A stretch of 64,000 nucleotides of DNA from Fimbriosthenelais zetlandica (lineage: Eukaryota), in the NCBI GenBank assembly GCA_977030845.1, contig OZ365115.1, forward strand, positions 1,922,001 through 1,986,000, written 5' to 3'. Positions 25,901 through 36,700 of this stretch are shown piece after piece. Every line of letters begins with the position of its first letter. Position 1 is the stretch's first letter. Made by a program: the position numbers and the translations under genes. Under the pieces are notes generated by a model, which was not told the origin of the DNA, did no database searches, and was given only the letters and a program-made list of their open reading frames with translations.

Positions 25901-26521
25901 TCTGTTATTTTATTTTGTCAGTCAGGTGATGGGGGGCCTGTACTCACTATCCTATCTCTGGTATAGTTTAGTAGCTACACTCGTGGTGTGTTCAGTAGGC
26001 CTGCTAGTTAGCCTTATAACTGGTAGGTAACATTATATCATTATTGGACTATCATTATCATTATCATACTATATCAGTATTAGACAAATATCTGATAAGT
26101 ATCCAGTCTCAATGCGATATAAAAATTCAAACCCTTCAAAGTCTTATGTTCTACGATTGATCATTTCTTATTTAATATTAATAATTTCCTATTTAATCAG
26201 GAGGGAACAAGGACAGGGAAGTTGACCCGAGGACCGTGGTCTCTCTACCAAAATTCTGCTCCTTTTTCCAGCCTTCAACTCCAGAAAAATACAGAGAGGT
26301 GTGTAAAAAAATATACCTTAAATCATGAGAGAAACTGAAGTAACACTTCCCCCCTATTGTTATATTAGTGTCCCTTTAAAAGTTATATCAGTTCATTGAA
26401 GTAATTTTTGTTTCAGGAAAAGGTGGTTGATGTGGAGGAACAAGCTGTCAAACAACAATTATTATCGCCAGAGAAATGTGAACTACAAACGATGGTCAAC
26501 GGTGAAAAAACGGGCAGATAA
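19981..26521 (+). CDS. SLC5 sodium:solute symporter, SMCT1/SMVT/NIS (SLC5A5/6/8/12) clade
   Basis: 16 exons: 19981-20127, 20393-20584, 21905-21973, 22104-22155, 22272-22339, 22540-22694, 23491-23631, 23918-24047, 24413-24501, 24684-24799, 24898-24965, 25226-25312, 25480-25712, 25922-26022, 26201-26298, 26417-26521. Motifs WDYVVF...[87 protein letters not shown]. Confidence 0.93.
21087..21329 (-). CDS. Putative small 80-aa ORF nested in SLC5 intron 2 (CxxC motif; possible transposase-derived domain)
   Basis: Open frame [80 protein letters not shown] starting at aaaATGGCCG, directly downstream of an ETS/CRE motif cluster. Coding status unproven. Confidence 0.35.
   Translation of the reverse strand: MADLEVIFRNQGMMQMDLRGFLAYIRQKLFGLSGYYSGRAVRTLLECNICTSCFTSLLNDARSRPLPEKHSHLYSVLASR
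21330..21600. promoter_or_regulatory. Intronic housekeeping-type promoter/enhancer island
   Basis: CpG-richer patch with ACTTCCGG at 21347-21354 and 21371-21378, TGACGTCA at 21518-21525, CCGGAAGT at 21529-21536, a duplicated AACGGCGGA-x-GAAGGAACTAAAG, and YY1-like starts on both strands (AAAATGGCCG minus, AAGATGGTGG plus). Confidence 0.55.
22691..22945 (+). repeat. 33-bp tandem array containing SLC5 exon-6 donor
   Basis: Unit agagtaagaccgtcatctattagtattaatgat, 7-8 copies, each with AGA|GTAAG. Confidence 0.9.
23200..23545 (+). repeat. 128-bp triplication of SLC5 exon-7 acceptor and first ~17 codons
   Basis: AG|TTTTGACCCTGACCCCCGTCAGCGTCACAC at 23235, 23363 and 23491 (functional). Confidence 0.92.
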
Positions 26522-27769
26522 AAACGGCGAAAAAACGGCCAGATAAAAACGACGAAAAAACGGCCAGATAAAAACGGTGAAAAAACGGCCAGATAAAAAC
26601 GACGAAAAAACGGCCAGATAAAAACGGCGAGGCACGGTAAAAATACAGTAGATATTAAGTCGCCGTTATATACACAAAAACCTGGCCATAATGGACTATG
26701 TTCACTATATGGAGGTGTTCCCTAATCAGCAATCTGTAATAGATAGTCTATACTATACGAAGGTGTCCCCAACAAGGTGAGAACTAAGAAGAATCAGAGA
26801 GAGCCTCAAAACCTCAAGAACATGGGACAGGGACAGATTGGTCACAATATATGGAGGCATTCATGATGTGCAGCTATTTACATCTCATAACAGAGAATTG
26901 AAGTTGAAGTAATTTGTATATTTTATTGTTACTGGAGAAATGTTCACTGTGGGGTTGTACAATATGTATATAGTATGTATACACTGATTATGTAATAGAA
27001 AAATAAAATCTTTTTGTGTTTATCCAACATGTACAATACCTTGAAATTATTTGTTATTTTTAAGGCTGATTCTTGAATGAAATTATCAGCATATAACAAA
27101 AATAATTGTATATGTATTTGTACTATGTAAACTCTGAAAGTTCTACTAGAGAAAATGGTTTCTATGTTTTAAGGCTGAATAGAAATAGTTGAAAAAAACC
27201 CAGATAAGTCATGGATCTATGAAGCATTATGTTCATACACGTCTAGTCCTGTAGTATGGGATAAAATTAGTACAAACTCAGGTCGTAAACAACCAAGATA
27301 GCTTCACTTCCTATACGGTACATGTATACATCGCTTTACAAACTTAATCTAAGAACATAACTTATCTAAGTAACTTTTTTGAACATGACTTATCTGCTAT
27401 ATACTGTACAGGGTTCATAGACTTAGAGGAGGACAAAGTTCAAGGACTTTTACAGGAAAACAATTCAGTTTTCCAGGACCAAAATACTAGTTAATTTTTT
27501 ACCTAAAAAGCCTGACAATCAACTCAGATTTTTCGGAAAATCAATATATATTTTTTTCATATTACAGAATGGTTTTCCAAGACTTTACAGTACTGTAAAT
27601 CGTCCCTCCCAGGACTTTACAGTACTGGAAACAGGTTTCCCAAGGACTTTACAGTACTGGAAAATGCCTTTATTTTCCACGACCATCCAGTATTGGAAAG
27701 TTTTTGTTATTAAATTTAGGAGTCTACAAACCCTGGTACAGTATAAAGTTACCTGTGACTGAATGTAAT

Positions 27770-30700
27770 TTAGTTTTTAGCCGCTGTGAGCGTCTGTCTC
27801 GCCATCTTTAACACACCCTCGTACGTCTTGTTACCGCCGATAAAACCTGACGCGTGCACGAATATACAGCCTGGTATGCCACTTAACGTAGACAGCTCCT
27901 CATCACGAATACCACGCCACGCCTCCAACAACGACAACCTGAAAAATATATACAACAATCATGGTTAGAAGTCAAATTGATGATGGAACAGTGAGAACAA
28001 TACCTCTGGAAAGCTAGCGGGACGGAGAGCAGGAGACAATGAGAGTGAGGGATAGTTGAGAGAGATAGGGGGAGAGAGGGGAAGGGAGATGGAGACAGGG
28101 AGAGAGAAGAGACAGAGCGAGACGGAGAGAGACAGGGAGTGATAGAGAGAGAGACAGACAGATAGACAGAGATAAGGGGCAGAGACGGATCCACAGTCTT
28201 AGCTGGGGATTTAATGTGGTGAATAGACGATTTATTAGTGAGAAGAGGACAAGGTGAAATATGGGGAATATCCACAGCCTGAGTGGTACATTTAATAGGA
28301 TTAATAGACCAGAGAGAGAGGAGAGACAAAGGGGAGAAAGAGAGAGATGGGAGAGAGGAGAGAAAGAGAGATGGGAGAGGAGAGAAAGAGAGATGGGACA
28401 CAGCGAGTCAGAGAAAGAGAGCAGACAGTTAGAGATGGAGAGAGGAGACAGAGACTGAGAGGGACAGCAATAGAGGGAAAATAACTCTGACCTGTTGGTG
28501 AATGAGCCTAGAGCCTGTGGTACACATTGTACCCGCCAGTTGTCGCTCTGATCGGTAAAGAGGACAAACTTGATGGGCGTGGCTAATCCTAGCTCCTCCT
28601 CCAACGTCATGAGGTGGTCCTTCCACGGACATCCCCCCGACGTCAGCTTGATAATCTCTCCACTGTCATCTACCTGTAAATAATAACCAGACATTACATG
28701 ACAAATAGTACACCAACAATCAATTATGTAAAAACCAAATATGAATAATCTGCTTGATAACAAGTAACAAGGTACCAGATATACAATAAAAATGCAACTA
28801 AAACTAACTAAAGTAGGTCTCAGAACACCAGCTACTGTTTTAAAGGATTTAAATTTAGATTTTTTTTTGATTTTTGAGATGTTAATTGACTGACCTCCTT
28901 TCTCTGGTTGATGGCTGTGAGGACCAGCTCGCGTGCGGGCAGCCAGCCGTCCCGGTAATACTCCACTCTGTCTGTAAACTCTGATCCCACCAGCTTCATG
29001 GCCTGCTGAAACCGAGCCTAAATGAGACAAAATAATTATAACATTATATAACATCAATAAACGTAGATATAGTCTTGCAGCACGCACAAGTCTTTGATAC
29101 TTTCATTTTGTTAGAATTAACCCATACTAAAATCAACTAGCAATGTCTGACCCTTCCCATCTCGCCCGTCTATCTCCCAACTAAGAAATTACAGTGGATT
29201 GAGGAACAAAATCTAAAATAAAAAGTATAAATACTTACAAAGATGTCGACATCTTTAGTGTCGTTCCATCGAGGATTGAGGTGACCAACGCGTGCACTGA
29301 GGTTAGTGGTGATGGCGTACCTGAAAATTATAAAATAAAAGGTTAGCAATGATATACTTGTAACCGATAATAATAAAATAAATACATTTAATACATATTG
29401 CATTTAATGCAATATGTGTGTCACATAAGTTGTAATCTTAAAAAAACTTTAGGTGGCTCAAAAGGTCAGGTAAAAAGGGCCGTGATCTACTGGTGCTCAA
29501 TAAGGCATGTATTATCACTCTGATAATGTCTGCCTAGAAATAATCAAGTCACTATGAATATTGTAAACTTGATACTTCGCCTTTGTGTTTTATTTTTAGT
29601 TGTTGGCTCATAAATACCCTACAAGCAGAGTAGTATGTGGGTGAATTGTAACGCAAAATCAGATAAAATGTAATAAATGTTTCAGATACAAAAGGAAAAG
29701 ATTTACTGGTTGACAAGTTGGAACAATAAATATATATATGTCGGCCCCTACGCTCTATTAAAAAAGCGCTCAAGCGGGCTCACACCTGTATAATTATGTG
29801 CTTCATTGAGCTCAGCGCATTGTTAGGCCTGTATCTGATAATCTCTATCCTACTAATCCACTCCGGACATCTCAACCAGGGAAAGATCACTTTTTTACAG
29901 GACTAGTGAACGTGAAGAAGATGGGAGAGAAGTGGGAGCGGCGCGCGCTGCAGACTGCCTTGTTTGTGGCGGCTCTGGCTGTAGCTACGGCCAGCTACAT
30001 GTATAATGCCTGGTCAAGGAACGCCTCACTCACATGGTTCATCTCATGGGGTGAATACTACATTTATATAGGCATTCTCTAATGTTATAATAGATTATTT
30101 AATAATTCCATCTGAATCTGCAAGAGCACCACACTCACTAGCTGAGTGTCTTGTAATGTTTCACACTAGCTGAGTGTGTTGTAATGTTCACACTAGCTGA
30201 GTGTCTTGTAATGTTTCACACTAGCTGAGTGTCTTGTAATGTTTCACACTAGCTGAGTGTGTTGTAATATTCACACTAGCTGAGTGTCTTGTAATGTTTC
30301 ACACTAGCTGAGTGTCTTGTAATGTTTCACACTAGCTGAGTGTCTTGTAATGTTTCACACTAGCTGAGTGTCTTGTAATGTTTCACACTAGCTGAGTGTC
30401 TTGTAATGTTTCACACTAGCTGAGTGTCTTGTAATGTTTCACACTAGCTGAGTGTGTTGTAATATTCACACTAGCTGAGTGTCTTGTAATGTTTCAGGTG
30501 CTGTGTTGGTGGTACTCGTTCTTGCCTCTCTGGTTTGTCTGGATATTTGGCTACTGTCACCAGCTGACAGTCACACTATTGTCACTCTACTGTCACAATA
30601 TGTTTTCATTGTTAGCGTCAGGATAATGGTGGCTGTCAACCGTCCATTCTACACCCAGCTCACCAAAAAGCCAACAAAGGTAACATTATTTTACTTGGTT

Positions 30701-33700
30701 ATCCACTTTAGAAGAAAACCAGAAAAACGTCTATCAAGTACATGATTGTATATTTCAGTACAATATAGAAAGCCTGATGAGAATTCTACGTACTAACCAA
30801 GATACGGAGTATGGGAGAGAGTATAAATTCAGGGAGATTCACACTCAGGCTGACTTCAAGAGACGTCACCCCATCACAACAGAGACCCACTATAGAACGT
30901 ACATCCAAAAGATGATGGACGGAGAGAAAAATATACTATATAACGACGAGACTCTAGTGTATGCAAGTACTTCAGGCACAACAGGCCAGGCTAAAGTTTT
31001 CCCTCTCAGAAAAACACACATCAGGCAGTTAAGGAAAGCTTTGGGCCTCAGGCACATGAGACTGCTACCCATGCTGAATTTGAAGAGGAACTTCACATTC
31101 CATATGTTCTCACAAATGAGCAAAACAAATGGTGGAGAACCCTTGGGTGCTGGATCTCAAATCGTTCGTAGTTTCCCAAAACACAACCTCATTCCTGTAG
31201 AATACCAGAATCTAGTGGATGAACGATCATCTTTCTATACCATGGCTCTCTTCTCTCTCGCCGAACCAGAACTTGGCCATATCTCATCATTTTCATCGGA
31301 TCTTACTAATTCCTTCGTCAAGTTCATGATGATGAACTGGAGTGATCTGTGTGACGATATTGAGAGAGGGAGAGTGGGCAGTGTGGTGACAATGTCAGAG
31401 GACGTACGGATTGCTCTGTCCAGCAAACTGAAGTCTGACCCTGAGAGAGCGGATTACTTGAGGAAGGCCATGGAGGATGGACCAGTGGGGCTGTTCAGGA
31501 GGGTGTGGCCGACCATGGATTATATCTTGATGGGTAAATCAGCTAGCTTTAAGATGCTGGCCGATCAGCTGATGGAGAGACAGATGAAGGGAGTGAAGGT
31601 GGTAGGGTCTCAACATGGAGCTACAGAAGGTTTTACGGGTGTGAACATGGAAGAGGAGCCGTGGGTCGGGGAAACTTTCACCATGTATCCCGCCTTCTGC
31701 TTCATGGAGTTTATACGACTGGAGGATGTGGAGGAGGACGCCCCAGACACGGTCAACATTGACCAGGTACGTTATAATTAGGATAAAACTTTGGAAAAAC
31801 TTTTGCTTAGAGAGTAGGCGTACAATTTGCCATTTCCCTGCCAGAGCATCAAAAGCCAACGGAGAAACATAACCCTGTATTGACAAGCAAAATTGTGTGA
31901 ATTGTAATTGTCTCCTTGCTCATTTGCTGGGCAAAAATATGGTAATTCCAGCTAGAAGCAGGAATCATCCATGGAATCTGTCCTAGTATTTAGGGAAGGT
32001 AACAAATGATTGTGATCCATAGCATGTTATTATCGTAAGTTTGTCTGGAACTATTTTCAGCTGGAAGTGGGTCAGTTTTATGAAGTGGTTCATACCAACT
32101 TAAACGGTTTGTACCGGTGTAGGTATGGTGACGTCATCAAAATAGTCGGATTTGATAATCGCCTTCCAAAGTACCAATTCATGTACAGGTAAGCCTCAAT
32201 GTAGTTTGAAAATGTTCAACATAAAAATGGGCACATCGCGTCCTACCATTTAGTGGTCACATAGTGAGATGGTCGCTTTACTGAGTATGTCTTCGTGGTG
32301 TTAAAACATTTGGTTTTGACCATTGAATGGTCACATAATGAGATGGTCGCTTAAGTGACTGATCATGATGTTATATTTATTAAGCTGATATTATTATTGT
32401 CTGCACCTACAGGCTGGGTCAGAGGCTGAACATCGCCTATGAGAGAACACCTGATAAGTTTCTGTATGAAGCTTTAGACAAGGCAACTACTAAACTACAC
32501 CTGAAAGATGGCATGGCCAACTATACCACCACAGAGAGCACAGTCACCGACCAAATACTAGGTAAAAAAGTCAATGATATTTGTCCAAAGCCTAGATTAT
32601 TAGTAAATTATCCCACTGTTCCAACGTTTCTCAGGTGGCTAGTAATTATAGGTTCATAAAACTGAATCTAATTCTTCTTTTCACAATTCAACATAAATTA
32701 TGATTTACAGGGAAAGAGACCCAGGGACATTACGTCTTCTTTGTTGAGTTTAATGAAGAGAAGGACCCAGAACTCTTGTCTGACTTGGGCGAAAAGGTAA
32801 TTAAAATTTACAATTTTAAATAATATTTTTAAAATATAAGAACATTCCTCACGAGGTTTTCCCTGCTAGCAGGCTGTACCTAAATGAAATTCTATTTTGC
32901 TGGGAGATAACAGTTCTATGTATGAATCTATATGAAACTATTTGGTATTTCAGATTGACGGTCAGTTAGTGGAGATATACGCCCCCTATAAGCGGTTTAA
33001 GGACGTCGGTAACATCGCAGTGGTCGAGGTGATACAGGTCAGTAACCATGGTAACAGTATAGTCTAATTAAATGTTAAATGCCTCTCCTATTGTTTAAGT
33101 ACCAGGTATTAGTATTTCATAGGGGGACATATCTTTTGTTTTAGGGCCCTTATTATTATGAAACTAATTTATTTTATCTACTGGGAAGAGATATATAGTG
33201 AATAACTCATGTGCCGTATCAATATTTCCCTTGTGTCCAGGTGAAGCCCGGCACCATTGAGTCCATGGTACCTATTTTGATGGGAGCTCGTGTGAATCCA
33301 CAGTTCAAACTTCCCCGAGTTCTCCGTAAGAGACCAGCCATCAAACATCTACTGGACAACACCGTGCCTGCCACGAGTCACCTCAACAATGAACAATGAG
33401 GCGGACTTAACAATGAGGCAGACTCAACACTGAGGCGGACTTAACACTGAGGCAGACTCAACACTGAGGCAGACTCAACACTGAGGCAGACTAACCAATT
33501 TCCTCACTAAACCACACTGTAAAGTTCATTGTTACGTCCTGAATATAGTTCTATCATTCAAAGTCTATAGTTATAATTGTTTAGTATGCGTTACCATGGC
33601 TCGTTACCTTGGTTATAATTGTTTAGTATGCGTTACCATGGCTCGTTACCTTGGTTATAATTGTTTAGTATGCGTTACCATGGCTCGTTACCTTGGTTAT

Positions 33701-36700
33701 AATTGTTTAGTATGCGTTACCATGGCTCGTTACCTTGGTTATAATTACCTTGGTTTAGTGTTTAGTACACGTTATCTTGGTTATAAATCTTAGTTAGTGG
33801 TTAAGGCATACCTGACAATATACAAAATAAAGGTTAGTGGTAATGGCGTACCTGATAATTAGAAAATAAAAGGTTAGCAATGATATATTTGTAACTGATA
33901 ATAATAAAATAAATACATTATTTAATACAGGCATTTAATGCAATATGTGTGTCTCATAAGTTGTAATCTTGAAAAACTTTAAAAATGGTTGGCATCCTCT
34001 GTTTCTCTGTGTTATAAGTCTTTTTTGGCTGACATTGGTTGATAATTCGCTGTAAGTATAAGCCTACCTAATTTACATAGTGAACCTGTTACAGAACACC
34101 AAGGCTCTATAAAAAAAACACACAAAAACCATGGACATATATATTGTTACACGTACATGTGACATGTGTAGTAGATAGATAGTTAATGTTTACTGGCGTT
34201 TAATAATGTTTAATGATATTTAGTAATGATTAATAATGTTTCAAAAGGTTTAATAATGTTTTATAGTATTTTACACGGTCTAATGATTTGTAATAATGAT
34301 ATCGTGTATCATGCTTTGTGGTAATTATCATGTAATCTTTATTATCAGATGAATCAGCAGTCATACTATTCCCACCTTTCATATTCCTTTCTTCTCTACC
34401 TTCCATCTCTATGCTCCCCCTTTCAGAGCGCCGCCAGGTGGACCTCTTGACCTGGCGGGCTCCTCTACTATACATCTATTGTTAACAATATCACGGATTA
34501 CCTGACAACGCCTGTCTACTTCAACTATAGGTGGCCCTCAAAACGTCAGGTAAAAAAGGCCGTAATCGATACTGGTGCTCAATATGCCACTACAGATGCT
34601 TAAGATAAAGAATATAAGGCCACTCTGATCTACTTGAAATAATAAGGCCTTAAGATAAGGAATATATTATCACTCTGATAGTCTCCTTGAAATAATAAGG
34701 CCTTAAGATAAGGAATATATTATCACTCTGATAGTCTCCTTGAAATAATCAAGTCACTATGAATATTGTAAACCTGATACTTCGTCTTTGTGTTTTATTT
34801 TTAGTTGTTGGCTCATAAATACTCTACAAGCAGAGTAGTATGTGGGAGAATTGTAATATAAAATCAGATAAAATGTAATAAATGTTTCAGATACAAAAGG
34901 AAAAGACTTACTGGTTGACAAGCTGGAACAATATTATATCGGCCCCTACGCTCTATTAAAAAAAACGCTCAAGCGGGCTCAAACCCGTGTATGTTTCATT
35001 AGCGCATTGTTAGGCCTGTATCTGATAATCTCTATCCTACTAATCCACTAATCTTAACCAGACAAAGATCACTTTACAGGACTAGTGAACGTAAAGAAGA
35101 TGGGAGAGAAGTGGGAGCGGCGCGCGCTGCAGACTGCCTTGTTTGTGGCGGCTCTGGCTGTAGCTACGGCCAGCTACATGTTTAATGCCTGGTCAAGGAA
35201 CGCCCCACTCACATGGTTCATCTCATTTGGTAAATTATAGATTTACTTATAAATATACTTAAATTTCTGCATAATCATGATACTTTTGTTAATTTCAGCT
35301 AAAATCTCCGAAACAGACTTGAAATACTAGATATTTAGATAATATCAATACTTCTTAAAAAATATATTATATTGTTATGTGCACAAGCCAAAAGTTCACC
35401 GAAAATAAATGAAATCAAATCAATATACTTTTTATATTGATATCCCAAATCCGTGCCTGAACATGCCAGTTTAGACTGGATAATCTTTATAGACATTGAG
35501 TGATTCAAGAATAGGGAAAATATACATTATATTTCTAGAGAAATAAGGCTGTAGTATATAATACCAGATTAGAAGCGTATTGATTGAATCAAAGTCCATA
35601 GAAGGATACTTGGTATAATCTAATCAGGCTTAGCAATACTATAAAAACATAAAGTATAGAGCAAATATTTGTTACAGGTAGAAGATATGCCTACTTTAGT
35701 AAAGGCCTACATGCAAATATATAAGAAATGTCAAAATATCTAGATACATGTAATTGTATATTATGAAATGGTATCCGCCTATGGCATATTTAAATATGGC
35801 CACAATTGCGATTATGTAATCGCAAGTATATTGTAAGGGTTCTATCCAACAGAAGTATGATCAGAATAGACACATAAGGCCCTATACTTCCCATTGTATT
35901 TACATTCGGATTTGGGCGTTGTAGCCATGATTGAACCACACTATTCGGTTTTTATATAACAATTCTCTATTCTATGGTTGTGCAATGGCCTGCAACAGGC
36001 CACAACCACGATCGCTATTTATAGAAGTAGTTGTCCCAAGAAATGTAATAGAATGTAATGTTTCAGGTGCTGTGCTGGTGGTCCTGGTTCTCGCCTCTCT
36101 GGTTTGTCTGGATATCTGGCTACTGTCACCAGCTGACAGTCACACTATTGTCACTCTGCTGTCACAATATGCTGTCATTGTTACCATCAGGATCACTATG
36201 GCTGTCAACCGTCCTTTCTACACCCAGCTCACCAAGAACCCAGCAAAGGTAACATTATTTTACGTGGTTATCCACTTTATAACAAAACCAGAAAAATGTC
36301 TAATAGGGCTCATCCACTAGGTCGCAAGGGGCAAGAGATTGCTTGCGATCGTGTTATTAGCGATCAGAAGCGAGCACATGGATGTGGATGAAGAGCTTGT
36401 ACTTGGCGATCAGATCGCTTGTGTTCATTCACATAAGCGATTGGATCGCCAGGTGCAAGCGATCAGATCGCCCGTGTTCATCCATATAAGCGATCTGATC
36501 GCCAGGTACATTGGTGATCGCTTTTAATCGCACAAAATATTAAACATTCTAAATATTGAGCGATTTGATCGCTAGTGATCGCTGATCGCCAGTGATCGCT
36601 TCCCCCTTGCGATCTAGTGGATGAGGCCTATAACAAGTACAATGATTGTATATTTTCAGTACAATATAGAAAGCCTGATAAAAATTCTACGCCTCAACGA

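Noticed and set aside
28014-29087. 357-aa minus-strand ORF in the track
   Set aside because: Chance read-through of MYG1 exon 6, an out-of-frame exon 5 and a CT/GA microsatellite-rich intron; not a gene.
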